From Albugo candida (taxonomy: Eukaryota): a stretch of DNA of 64,000 nucleotides. Positions within the stretch are counted from its first letter, which is position 1; the number at the start of each line of letters is the position of its first letter. The DNA is taken from positions 310,001 to 374,000 of the forward strand of contig JBDOQK010000013.1 of assembly GCA_040437565.1 (NCBI GenBank), read 5' to 3'. A program made the position numbers and the translations under genes. The notes below the pieces were generated by a model. The model saw only the letters and a list, made by a program, of their open reading frames with translations, was not told the origin of the DNA and searched no databases. Positions 37,968 through 50,173 of the stretch are shown one piece after another.

Positions 37968-40855
37968 AACAAGATACTAGTCTGCTGACGCATGAGACGT
38001 CGGCACATCGATGCGCTTTTATGTTACATAGGAGAAGAGGCGTTGAAAAAGATTATGAAATGTGAGAGTGTAATAAGTGTATATCCACATTAGAATCATA
38101 ATATATATAGAGGAGTGCAGTGTCCTTATATGTGATTCTGCAAGGTATCGGTATAGCGAATCGGCACCGTTCCATTGGCTTAATGCCGCGTGGAAGCTAC
38201 CAGTAGTGCACTCTGGGTCAGAACGTTGAGACCCGTCAATTATTTTCATTGTCGTTTTTGGGAGTATCAATCACAGCGAGTGATGCTGTACAGGTTGTGC
38301 ACAAGGAGTCAGAAAGAGCTCTTGTTCACACGAAGAATGAGCTACCCAACCAACGTATGAACAGATACAAACTTCCACATGCAAGTAATCATTAGAGTCA
38401 CGCCGCAAAAATTAAAGCTCCATTGCTTCATCTACGTATTTTGATATCGATATCAAGCCATCAAAATTCGATTCATCTAAACATCTAACGACACAAGTCA
38501 CTGGTTCATTCTATTTGCATATGAATGGGAGAACGCACATTTCATGTTGAGACGAAGCGTGGGTCCTTATTAGAATTAAAGGGTGAGAGACACAGGGCTT
38601 CTCTTCTCTTTATTACGTCCATGTTTTCTCCTTTGGTGACTTCAAATCAATGGGTTACGCAATGTCCTTATATTTTCGACTGCTATCCATTTCCAATAAC
38701 CTTCGAGGATCCAATATCGCTACTTCTGATTATCACATATACGGATATCCTTGCATGCTGGAGTATTGTATCGCTTGAGTTTGACGTAAAACGTAAATTG
38801 TTGAGAGTAAAAGTCGATAACAGTATTGAGAGAAGCCGTCATCGAAGGGAGTGAATAAGGTACGAGAGGTTCCATAATGTAGTTGATAGACTTTGCAAAT
38901 GATCGAAATACATGACGTGTACTGAGTCAGCTTTGCATTTGCTTTTTCCGAAGACAGTTCCATGATTTTCTTATTTACATTCGAGCAACCTGGAATTTGT
39001 ACCACAAGACAAGCGAAGAATTAGAATTATGGAGCATGATACTGATTCGAGTCGACTTGCTACCAGGCAACCTACTGACGTGTTAACGTTCATAGAACAT
39101 GAGGAACATATATCATAAGCCTAAACCGGAAAGCGGATGTTTAGATGTCAGCTTTTCATCGTAAATTCCATCGTTTAGACCTTCACGAGGTAACGTTTTC
39201 GTATAGGTACACTTTTAAACGTATCTAATAATTAGGAGATATGCTACCTAAAAAATACAAATTATAATGCGCATTCCAGGAGCTCTACAAGTGGAAATTA
39301 CTACACCCTCATCCCCATCCGGCGATCGGTATATAACTCACGCGCTTTTATGGAGCTTTCCCGCCGCGTTTCTATTTGTCGACAACTTCATCTTGGCCAC
39401 TGAGATAATTGCGGCATGTTAGCACAGTCGTCGTAGATTGATATTACCGGTAAAAATAAATTTAGCTTTCAGGGCGATCAGCATTGCAAGTGTACCACGA
39501 TGCGTGGCACAATTTAGTATAACTTGATAGAAATCAGTCTTCTTTAATCTTGTTATGGAGACAGCTCATTAAAAATTGTACCCGGGGTGATGCTTTCTTT
39601 CTGAGCTTCACATCCTCTTCTGTCTGTAGAAGGCCACGTGTTTTGTCAACATATCAAAGCCCCGAACGTGTGGCACGATTAATTGAATGGCTTGAAAAAA
39701 ATCCTGCAATGTTTGCTACGTCGTAGAACGCGATTATAGCTGCCACGGAATCATTCGATTATAAGCTGAATGCAGGTAGACATCGACTATGCACACGACG
39801 AGCGCGAATTTCAAAAGTATACTTTCGCATAGCTATTTGACGATTAGATTCATTGGTCGCCACTATACACGTGATGCATCTAGCAAGCGCAGTCGGGGTA
39901 ATGAGTTTTCTTTATATTGCAACAAACGAAAATCGAACCTAGTATTTAAATTTAGATATACGATCATTCGATGGAAATACTTTTCACAAAAAAAATTGAA
40001 TTAATTTGACGTATATATGGAATTTAGGAGTCATTCATCGTGCATCGTTTAGTCATATCTTATCAAACAATCACACAGCAAAGTAGTAATCCTTTGGACA
40101 TTTAGTCACGTATACGGAGCTAGGCACTTTAAAACGTTTAAAGACCAAGCAATGGGTGCGTTCCAAGTGATGGACTGAATCGCCTACTTTGTACTTCGCT
40201 TAGATACGAATTCCCCCACTGACTCGTTTTGCCCTACTTTTGCGTCAAAGGCAGTGAGCAGGAGGAAGGTAGGGTTGTAGGGTGCTCGTATAAGTAAACC
40301 CCAAGTGATTGCAGAATCTATATACTGCTTTTCAAGACGACTAGAAATTGCTGTCCAAGAAAGAGGTTACAAGTCGATTTTGTTTCACTAACGTCTTTTC
40401 TTTTTTTCTACTTTTATCAAAAATTCGAACGCATTGTTTGTATTAGCTCGCCCAAAAAATCGTAAAATCAGACTCCCCTACTCCTGGCAAGAAAATTACT
40501 TTTGTTCCATCCAATAAAATTGCTGCGATGTGTATTGAGCGTGTTTTTTTTCGAACCTCGCCCGGTGGACGACCAGTGGGTCATTTCGTTATATTTAACC
40601 ATCGTATCGCAGCAGGATAAATAGAGAAAATATTTCTTGAAAAAAAGAAAAAAGGTTTTATTCCCGTTCGAACCTCTCGCATCAGCATCGACCAAATCAT
40701 CTTTTTCCTTCGTTTTAAGTTTGTTATCATTGAACAAAATCCAGTCAATTTGCCATAGAACAACCATTTGGTCCGCAAATCAACCTACAATTTTCGAATT
40801 TTATTTTGCACGTGCACCCGCAAACTTACTTGAGATCACGTAAAGGTTGCCAAAA

Positions 40856-42916
40856 ATGGCAAGCTCAGCGGTATACACGGAACGGTTCTCAGAATCTATT
40901 CTCGAAAGCGTTCGCAAACCGCCAGACTCTGGTAGTGCCGGTACTAGCGACATGATTGAGGAGCCCATCAAAGCGCAACGTGGCAAACGTCAGCGCCACC
41001 ACAAAAACACGTCATCGACCATACCATACTCCTGCAAGTCGTCCGTACCCGCACTTGACTCTTCAATGGGCATGAACACCAACTTGCTGAATTGTATCGG
41101 CTCTGGTAATGATTCGTTCACGATATTTAAGAACGTGGATTCGCTTTGTAAATACAATTCGGTGACATCTTGCACGCAAACATCAACTTCATCAATAACG
41201 TCATCAAGCTCCGAGCTCGGTGATCGCTCTATCAACGTAGAACCTCATCGTTCGGGACCTTTACAGCCGGATGCCATTCAATTACGCAAATTGGAAGAAG
41301 AGAATAAGTTCTTTCATGAAAGTACGCGAGCAAAGCGAGCAAAACCGGACGCTCCTAAATTTTTATTACTGCTTTACGAAATATTACAGGCTGAAAACGA
41401 AAACGTCATCAAATGGGCCGGAGACGGTCTCTCTCTACAGATTTTAGACCCGGCCACAGTCACAGAGAAAATCTTACCAAAATATTTCAATCATACCAAT
41501 TTTCACAGCTTTCAACGTCAACTGAATTATTTCGGATTTCGAAAATGGACCAAGTCAAAAACTGATATTTGCACATTTAGCCATCCTCATTTCCGTCAAA
41601 ATCAGCCCGAGCTACTTCAGCTAATCAAGCGTAAAAAAGCACCCAGGCGATCTGGCGCACCTGCACCGCTCATGAAGGACATGGAGGTAGCCTTGGATCG
41701 GCCCACGTGCTCTAGTTTCCCCAATGGAATGAATTATCCGTTCTTCATGGCCGATTCAAAGTCCGGGCCGCTTCATGTCCAAGAGACCACGGGAAAAGCA
41801 GATTACGAGCTGAATGGTCACAACAGACCGCGTGGCTCCGTATCGATGGGATCGATGATCCCCACAGGCTCCCGAAGATTGCTTCCAATTTCGCCTTCAG
41901 GAAAACGAAAACTCGCTTCTCATGAGACGAATGATCTGATTGCTCCATTCCACGCAAAGATGAAAAGACCCTTATCCACAGGCCATACGTTACCATCTCT
42001 TCACACCGGCAGTCCGTCTCGTTCTTCGGAGCGCCGAGGAGATCAATTGCATCGAGACACAAATTCCATGCCAAAAGAGGTCAATAATGTGATTTCACCA
42101 TTAGCTGCCACAGGTTTACAAAAAAAAGCAAAAAAGAAAAAAGATAACTCACCTGAAATCACTCCGCAGGTCAGATTCGGAGATCGAAACAGTAGCACAT
42201 CGATCGGATTTTATCCCCCGCCCGTCGGGTCTTTTGATGGATTCATGAATGGGGAGAGACTAAGTGGATCGACAATTCCAATGTATCAAAGTAACAACGC
42301 TCTTCCAACGCTCGATATCGTCCGAAAGCGTATCATGCATCGCCAAAATCACGATCACAATGGTCCTACATTCGGATCCAATAGAAACGAAAATGCTTCG
42401 TCCAGCACATCTGATACTACCGATGCACCGTACGACACATTGACAGCCATAAACAATAGCAAAAACGCATTTACCACATCAAGCGTGGAGGATCAAAGAC
42501 AATACACCGACAATAATGATCCCGTCGATTTGCTATTACGAATCAAAAAATGTCACAGTGGTCTCTCTCCCGCTACATCGGGTCCAGGAAACGTCAATGA
42601 GTCAGTTCGATCACCATCAGCTGATAGCTCGCAGATCCGTTCCCAACAAAAAGACGACTCGAATCCGGATTTCACACAATTGCACAATTTTTTACTTCGA
42701 CAAAATATATACACAAATCGTCTTGAAGCGCAATTAAAGCTTGCTTTGGAAGAGAACGAATCTTTGCGCAAAGTATTGGATACCAAAGTGCGCGAAATGG
42801 ACGGGATGCACCAAGAGCATCGATTGATGCAAAAGGAGAATTCGGTTCTCCTCGAAGCCAAAAACAAACTTTTTGAAATTAATCGCGATTTATTGAGCAA
42901 ATTATTTCCTCAGTAA
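40856..42916 (+). CDS. HSF-type transcription factor with C-terminal leucine zipper
   Basis: KFLLLLYEIL..VIKW..DG..ILPKYFNHTNFHSFQRQLNYFGFRK..FSHPHF..LLQLIKRK. Heptad repeats occur in the last about 70 aa. Confidence 0.93.
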   Translation: MASSAVYTERFSESILESVRKPPDSGSAGTSDMIEEPIKAQRGKRQRHHKNTSSTIPYSCKSSVPALDSSMGMNTNLLNCIGSGNDSFTIFKNVDSLCKYNSVTSCTQTSTSSITSSSSELGDRSINVEPHRSGPLQPDAIQLRKLEEENKFFHESTRAKRAKPDAPKFLLLLYEILQAENENVIKWAGDGLSLQILDPATVTEKILPKYFNHTNFHSFQRQLNYFGFRKWTKSKTDICTFSHPHFRQNQPELLQLIKRKKAPRRSGAPAPLMKDMEVALDRPTCSSFPNGMNYPFFMADSKSGPLHVQETTGKADYELNGHNRPRGSVSMGSMIPTGSRRLLPISPSGKRKLASHETNDLIAPFHAKMKRPLSTGHTLPSLHTGSPSRSSERRGDQLHRDTNSMPKEVNNVISPLAATGLQKKAKKKKDNSPEITPQVRFGDRNSSTSIGFYPPPVGSFDGFMNGERLSGSTIPMYQSNNALPTLDIVRKRIMHRQNHDHNGPTFGSNRNENASSSTSDTTDAPYDTLTAINNSKNAFTTSSVEDQRQYTDNNDPVDLLLRIKKCHSGLSPATSGPGNVNESVRSPSADSSQIRSQQKDDSNPDFTQLHNFLLRQNIYTNRLEAQLKLALEENESLRKVLDTKVREMDGMHQEHRLMQKENSVLLEAKNKLFEINRDLLSKLFPQ

Positions 42917-43134
42917 ACACGGTATCGATTTGGCTGGAGATTGAACGTATAAGCTGATGTTTTTTCAGATAACGACAATAGAGATTCTTGTTTTATTTTC
43001 TCGCCTCTTTGCCGTGCTTTCAGTCACGCAGCCGCGTCGTAACGGTTCTGACCGCAGCCGAACAGTCAATCGGCGACGTGGCGGTAGTATTTTGATCGCT
43101 GTAAATCAGACGAAAATCAACGGGTGCTACCGTT

Positions 43135-45834
43135 ATGAAAGGCGCTACTCAGCGAGTCATTCCAGTTGCTTCTACAATCGAATCCTCTCTCAATACCGAC
43201 GAAGCATCGCCAGAAACAGACTTACAGGATCAAGTTCATACATTTTTGGTCGAGTCCGGGCCAAAGACAAAGCAGCTGCCGCCATTGACACAAGAGGCTC
43301 CAGCGCGTACAGAATTCACGCCTATTGTTATCAAGCCGAGAGCCACACCTTTGGCGCACGGAAAGAACGGTCGAGCCTTTTCATTTCGTCGTGCGCTTTC
43401 ATCGCGACGGTATTCCGAGTCCGCGTCGGACATTCGTATACAATATCTCCGGAGTGCTCGAAGGCCTCCACCTATTACTCAAAAACATAGCATTTTTGAT
43501 CGATTTGCGTATCGCGTGGATTTGATTATTACAAGTCGACGAGGTCAGACGATCTCGCTGACTGCAGTTGGACTCGTATTGATTGTGCTTGGAGGATTGA
43601 TTTTGGCTGTCGTGCAGCCTCGAGAAGAGGTCTACGAGACCTTATGGCAATCGTGGACATTCCTTGCGGATTCTGGATCACATACGAATTTGACTCGAGA
43701 GGTGATGATATCACGACTTGAATGTGAGGTGTATGCTGATTTCTGCGCTCTGTAGAGAGTTCGAGTTATAGGAGCGATCACTACAATCATTGGAATTCTT
43801 TATTTCTCAGTGATCATGGGTTTTGTTGTCGATGGAATTCGCGATAAAATGGATTCGTTAAAAAAAGGAAAAAGCAGAGTCGCGGAAGACGGGCATACGG
43901 TGAGATTCGCTCAAGGTCGAATTTGCTGAATCCATTCTGACTCGATGCATCACTAGCTGATGCTCGGATGGACCGATAAATCGGTCTCCTTTATCCGTCA
44001 GATTTGTCTTGCAAATGAAAGCGAACGCGGAGGCACAATTGTTGTTTTAGCAGAATTGGAGAAAGAAGACTTGGAAGCTGAGCTTTCATCCCATCTGAAA
44101 AGCGAAGATTTGAAAGGAACCAAAGTCATTTTTCGAACAGGGACATCTTTGCTATCGGTAGACCTGGTGAAAGTAGCAGCTCATCGGGCTAAAAGTATTG
44201 TGATCATGGCACAAACCTCAGGAGAGGCCGATCGATCCGATGCAAGTGTGCTCCGAACCGTATTGAGTCTGAAGACGCTTCCGCAACTGAGTGGACACAT
44301 TGTCGCAGAGCTTCGAGATATTGATAATGAGCCTTTAGTCAAACTGGTTGGCAGTAATCAGGTGGAGATTCTTGTTTCGCACGACGTGATCGGTCGTTTA
44401 GTGCTTATGTCAGCCCGATCTCCAGGTCTTGCTGGAGTGTTTACAAGCTTGCTCGGATTTGATGGATGTGAGTTTTATGTCAAACATTGGCCAGAATGCG
44501 TCGGTGTTCGATTTGGTGACCTCGTTGAGCGGTTTCCTGATGCCACACCACTTGGAATCAAGAACGCACAAGGGCAGGTCTTTCTCCATCCCGGTTTTGA
44601 CGTTATTGTGGAAGAATTTGATCAGATTATCGTGCTGGCTGAGGATGATGATACCTATCAGCCCTGTGATCCACTTCCCATTGATATTGGCCAACTTCCT
44701 CATTCAGAGCCAAAAGCTCAAATCAATGAGAAAATCTTAATGTGCGGTTGGCGACGAGATATTCGCGACATGATTCAACTCTTGGATTCTCTCGTTTCTC
44801 CGAGGACAGAGCTTCATATGCTTTGTGAGGAGCCAATTCACCTGAGAAGTCAGCTGTTGCAGGATGGTGGACTAAAAGTGAAGGATCTTCGGAATCTCCA
44901 ACTTTTTCATCATTTTGGAAACACTGCAGTACGTCGGCACTTGGAAAATGTGCCTTTGGATATGTTCACTTCTATGATGATTTTGGCCGATCAATCGCGA
45001 GAAACAGATATTATGCATTCAGATAGCCATTCCCTGGCCTCACTTCTCTTAATACGCGATCTTCAAAATCGCTTGTTTGAAAAAAAATACTCCAATTCAC
45101 AGCAATTGATTCCCAAACACAAACGACCTCGTGTAGCCTGCAAGTGTATCAGCGAAATTCTTGATCCTCGCACGCAAAAAACCATTTCTACAAGCTCGAC
45201 GATCCTCGAATTGTCCGAATTTATTCAATCGAATGAGCTGGTGAGCTGCATTCTCGCTATGATCTCAGAGAGTCGAGATGTTCGAATAATTTTGGACGAG
45301 CTTTTAGGCCCTCAAGGTGCGTTTTTTGAAATTGAGCCATCTTCACGCTACTGTTTACAACACGAAGAAGTAACATTTTGGCAGCTCGCCAAGCGCGCAA
45401 TGCTGTTGGGTGAGATTTTATGCGGCTATCAGTATCATTCAGCAAAAGAAGAAACTATTTTGAATCCAAAGGAGAAAATGATACCGCGCACGTGGGAAGA
45501 AATCGATTTGATTGTAATGCGAAATACAAAGAAGGAGGATGCAGAGCGTAGTATTCCATATGTGAGCGCAGAAGAGGTAGACAGACAGCGACAAAGTGAG
45601 GTTATGCGTTCGAGTGTGAGAAAAACGGAGGAAACTGAAAATGCAAAGCTTTGCGATCGCATCAAGCACGTTATTAAGGTGTACACAGATATACGGAAAA
45701 AAGAAGGTTCTTTTCGTGGTAATAAGAGTGGTGCGCAGAGAGAAGAAGCGATACAAACGCTTGTAGATGTGGTGAAAATCTTGGTTGACGTCGTCATGCA
45801 GCGAGATCGCTCAGAATTTCCAGATCAAGCGTAG
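43135..45834 (+). CDS. CASTOR/POLLUX/DMI1-family cation channel, 3 exons
   Basis: WQSWTFLADSGSH pore, LGWTDK, DIDNEPLVKLVG, HDVIGRL, KILMCGWRRDI.DMI, DSHSLASLLLIRDLQ, ISEILDPRT. Introns are at about 43702-43755 and 43899-43956. Confidence 0.9.
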
Positions 45835-45983
45835 ATATCCTGATTTAACGTGTCACATCAGAAGATTCTACATCAGTGATATTCACCGTCAAGTATCCTA
45901 TTCGATTTCGATCGAAAGCGTTTCTAGAAGCGCTGAGATTTTGCCGCCAAATTCCATAGATAGAGCATTTCAACTGGGAAAAA

Positions 45984-48069
45984 ATGACTGAAGCCGAAGC
46001 TGAAGAATTCAAAAATGAAGGAAACAAACTGTATGCTAAAGGAAATTACCGTGAGGCTCGAGATTTGTACACGAAAGCAATCGACTTGGCACCGACCACT
46101 GTATCATATTATGGGAATCGCGCTGCAGCGTCATTCATGCTTGACGACCATAAAGAAGCGATTGCAGACTGTAATAGAGCTATTCTCTTTGATTCGACGT
46201 TTTCTAAAGGATACGTGCGCAAAGCCAAGGCTCAAATTGCTTTAGTGCGTTGAGATATATCTTTGCAATGAACGATTGGACTGAATTCATTATTCTATTC
46301 CTGAATTGCTTAGGGCGATATTGAAGGATCCAATAAAACATTCCAAACAGGACTTACGCGTTGTCCTAATAATGCTGCCTTGCTTGCGGAAAAACAGCAG
46401 CTCGAAATAGGCAAGGAGAAAATGAATCGAGGCATCGAGCATTTAAAAGCGGTAAGAATGATAAAATGGCGATATATCGAATTTTAGGATGAATACATAG
46501 GCTCGGTACTCACAAGCTGTTCATTGCCTGGATGGAGCCTTGCAGATTTTTAGATGCTCAACGGAGCTGAAAATCAAACGGGCCGAGGCACTCATCAGCT
46601 GTGAGCGTTATGATGAAGCATTTGCAGCATTAACGCAGCTGATGCGAGCAAACACAAGCAGTAGCGAGATTCTGTATTTACGTGCTCGATGCTTGTACTT
46701 TCAGGGAGACTTTTCAAGTGCTGTCAAACACCTGCAGCAAGCCTTACGGTCTGATCCTGATAACCAGACATTTATGAAAGAGATGAAGAAAATTCGAAAT
46801 TTGGAAAGCAGCAAAGAAAGCGCAAATGCAGCTTTTAAAGCTGGTCGGATCAATGATGCAATTGATCAGTACACAAAATGCCTGGGAATCGATCAGCAGA
46901 ATAAAGCATTCAATGCAAAAATTTATTGCAATCGAGCAACTGCGTTGTCACAATTAAACCGACACGAAGAAGCGATCCGGGATTGTGACAAAGCTGTTTA
47001 TTACGACCACGGATACGCAAAAGCGTATTTGAGAAAAGCAGCGTGTTTGAAAGCAATAGGAACAGAAGAGAAGCTAGAACAAGCACTTCGGGTCTACGAG
47101 CAAGCAAGCAAGTTGGTTGGTAACGGAGCGCAACGCGATATTCAGCAAAAGTGAGTGTATTCACCTCTGACTGCATCCATACGGCCACTTACTTAAACAC
47201 ATTTTCGTAGCATTCGAGAAACGAAATTGGAGCTAAAGAAAGCCAAACGGAAAGATTATTACAAAATATTGGGAGTCACGCAGTCGGCTAACGAACACGA
47301 AATCAAAAAAGCCTATCGAAAGTCGGCCTTGAAATATCATCCGGATCGACACGCAAGCAAATCGGATACGGAGAAAAAAGAAGCGGAAATCGCGTTCAAG
47401 AATCTTGGTGAAGCGTATGCAGTCCTTTCCGACCCTCAGAAGAAGCAGCGATACGATGCAGGAGTCGATTTGGAGGACCTCGATAATGAATACGCTCAGC
47501 CTGGAGGCGGCATGGGCGGTGTTGATCCACAGCAAATCTTTCAGGTTTGCATCCAAAAGTGGCTTATTTCGCTTCGTTGCTGATACGTGGTTCTTTTCGT
47601 AGATGTTCTTTNNNNNNNNNNNNNNNNNNNNNNNNNNNNNNNNNNNNNNNNNNNNNNNNNNNNNNNNNNNNNNNNNNNNNNNNNNNNNNNNNNNNNNNNN
47701 NNNNNNNNNNNAAATATCATCCGGATCGACACGCAAGCAAATCGGATACGGAGAAAAAAGAAGCGGAAATCGCGTTCAAGAATCTTGGTGAAGCGTATGC
47801 AGTCCTTTCCGACCCTCAGAAGAAGCAGCGATACGATGCAGGAGTCGATTTGGAGGACCTCGATAATGAATACGCTCAGCCTGGAGGCGGCATGGGCGGT
47901 GTTGATCCACAGCAAATCTTTCAGGTTTGCATCCAAAAGTGGCTTATTTCGCTTCGTTGCTGATACGTGGTTCTTTTCGTAGATGTTCTTTGGAGGTGGC
48001 GGAATGGGCGGAATGGGCGGAGCGGGTGGAATGGGTGGAGGTAGCAACGTTCGCTTCCATTTTGGCTGA
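45984..48069 (+). CDS. DNAJC7: TPR + J-domain co-chaperone, DNAJC7/TPR2-like, multi-exon
   Basis: [16 protein letters not shown] TPRs, then [26 protein letters not shown] and a Gly-rich tail. Confidence 0.93.
47332..47991. repeat. Exact 280-bp duplication flanking a gap (47332-47611 = 47712-47991)
   Basis: The sequence is identical on both sides of the gap. Confidence 0.92.
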
Positions 48070-48217
48070 TGATATATACCTTGCTGATTGGNNNNNNNNN
48101 NNNNNNNNNNNNNNNNNNNNNNNNNNNNNNNNNNNNNNNNNNNNNNNNNNNNNNNNNNNNNNNNNNNNNNNNNNNNNNNNNNNNNNNNNNNGGCTAGTAA
48201 ATCTGCCGATACAAAAA

Positions 48218-49606
48218 ATGAGTGTGTTGTCGAATAAAGCGCATCGTGCATCCGAAACGCGTCCACAAAGCTCTATGCATTGCTCCAAAGTGAATCATTA
48301 CTGCGGATGTATCATAAGAGATAACTCATTTCGCGTCTCTCGAATCAAACTGTCAGAAATCGATCCAAAACTCTTCTTCGAGCGATATATTGCAACTCGA
48401 ACGCCAGTTGTGCTGGAAGGAGCTCTCGCTGATTCGTGTTTCACGTCTCTAAAAAAGTGGCAATCCAATGAGTATTTGGATGCCTTATCGGGCGAAGAAC
48501 TTGTGCAGGTAGAATATCGTGCCAATGAGCTCGAAGCGTTCGGTCAAGGGCGAGAAATCGAAATGAGATTCCACTCTTTCTTGCAGCTACAAGATCGGGG
48601 TGATGAGCTTCATTATCTCACCACACAAGACGTAGAGGAGGGAAATTCAGGAAGACCGGAATTAATGGCACCATTTGTCCAGCGCCTCAGTGATGATTTT
48701 CCATTACGTCCAGCAATAATGGGGAACCTGATTCCACAAAACATAAATGTTTGGATGGGTCATGCTAAAAATGGAGCTTCTTCGGGACTTCACCATGACT
48801 ACCATGATAATATGTATATTCTCCTCCGTGGGAAGAAGTCATTTCGCTTGTACTCACCCGCTGATGCTGAACGGCTTTACACGCGAGGAAAACTGGCATA
48901 CGTTCATCACAACGGAAGAATCAACTATGAAGGTGAAATAACGACATCGTACGGTGCAGATCCTTCATCTGAAGCAGCTTCTCTTGCCGCGACGGAGAAG
49001 GAAGAAGCCGAACAAGCATTAATACTCGCTGAAAGAGCGCTTGAAAATGGCGATCTTGGGGCCAAAGATGCATTCGAAAAAGCTGAACTCCGCCTTGAAG
49101 CTGCAATGGATGCGATCCTTTCTGCTGAATACGGTGATGAGAGCGATATAGAGGGAGAAAGTAGCAGCATAAATGATTCGGATGAGGGTGAAGCTCGTGA
49201 TGATCCGCAAGATGAGGATTATACAAGCTCTCCTGCGTCATCAATGGCTCCAAAACGTCGTAAAGTCGATCGAACGGTAGCGAATCCGCTTAATTTTTCA
49301 AAGATTGACGCTCAATTATTGCAAGATCCTACTTCTCGAGAGCAACTGAATACATTGTACCCTGAATTCCAGCATGCTCAAGCCGCATTTTGTGAAGTGA
49401 ATGCTGGCGACATTTTGTACCTTCCTGCCTCGTGGTTCCATGAAGTTCGATCCTACGGAGCATCTGACGGTCATCTCGCGTTGAACTACTGGTTCCATCC
49501 TCCGGATCAGCTATCAAATTACGAAGAACCGTATTCCAGTCCATTCTGGAGCCGCGACTTCCTCTTACGCGGTATACAAAGCAAAAGAGATCCAGATTTT
49601 ACTTGA
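48218..49606 (+). CDS. JmjC (cupin-like, 2OG/Fe-dependent) hydroxylase-family protein
   Basis: FFERYIATRTPVVL, NVWMG..SSGLHHDYHDN (HxD), GKKSFRLYSP, GDILYLPASWFHEV, LALNYWF. Confidence 0.9.
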   Translation: MSVLSNKAHRASETRPQSSMHCSKVNHYCGCIIRDNSFRVSRIKLSEIDPKLFFERYIATRTPVVLEGALADSCFTSLKKWQSNEYLDALSGEELVQVEYRANELEAFGQGREIEMRFHSFLQLQDRGDELHYLTTQDVEEGNSGRPELMAPFVQRLSDDFPLRPAIMGNLIPQNINVWMGHAKNGASSGLHHDYHDNMYILLRGKKSFRLYSPADAERLYTRGKLAYVHHNGRINYEGEITTSYGADPSSEAASLAATEKEEAEQALILAERALENGDLGAKDAFEKAELRLEAAMDAILSAEYGDESDIEGESSSINDSDEGEARDDPQDEDYTSSPASSMAPKRRKVDRTVANPLNFSKIDAQLLQDPTSREQLNTLYPEFQHAQAAFCEVNAGDILYLPASWFHEVRSYGASDGHLALNYWFHPPDQLSNYEEPYSSPFWSRDFLLRGIQSKRDPDFT

Positions 49607-49791
49607 TAGAGAAAGCTAGAGCGAATTTTGAGCTTGACGTGAGCCCTTGTAGCGGAATATGTATACACATTTTGCAACGGAAGTTCTGTCGAAAGAGATC
49701 ATGTTAAGGAAATGAATGTCATTTCAGTTACATATCTGTTACAGCACTTGTATCAATTGCCGTAACTGAAGCAAAAAAAGGATCGCGCGGG

Positions 49792-50094
49792 ATGAGCGCA
49801 ACCCGAGGAATTCTTCGTTTATCACCGTCTTTACAGCATTTGCTTGGGAAAAGTGAGCTCACACGTCCTGCCGCAATGAAAGAATTGTAAGATTGCAAAG
49901 CAATTTTCCTTGATTCACACGTTCTGATAACATTCCTTGTAAGTTGGGCGTATGTCAAGCGACATCAACTGCAACATCCCAACGACGGACGCATCATCCA
50001 ACCAAACGAAGAAATGAAACGCGCTTTTGGAGTCGATCATGAGATCCATTTCAACCAAGTCGCTAAATTTTTGACGCAGCATTTACACAAATAA
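49792..50094 (+). CDS. Stand-alone SWIB/MDM2-domain protein (81 aa, 2 exons); absent from ORF track
   Basis: Exons 49792-49886 and 49944-50094 (GTAAG..AAG intron) give MSATRGILRLSPSLQHLLGKSELTRPAAMKEFWAYVKRHQLQHPNDGRIIQPNEEMKRAFGVDHEIHFNQVAKFLTQHLHK*. Confidence 0.9.
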
Positions 50095-50173
50095 TTATCA
50101 CCTGTTAAATATCACTCATTTGCGCTCATTTGAGCAATGTCGTGTAAATTACATCTTTCCGGCAGGTCTTCTA

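Noticed and set aside
47927..49606. 559-aa ORF suggesting a DNAJC7-JmjC fusion
   Set aside because: The ORF runs through Ns. DNAJC7 stops at 48069 and the JmjC gene has its own ATG at 48218.
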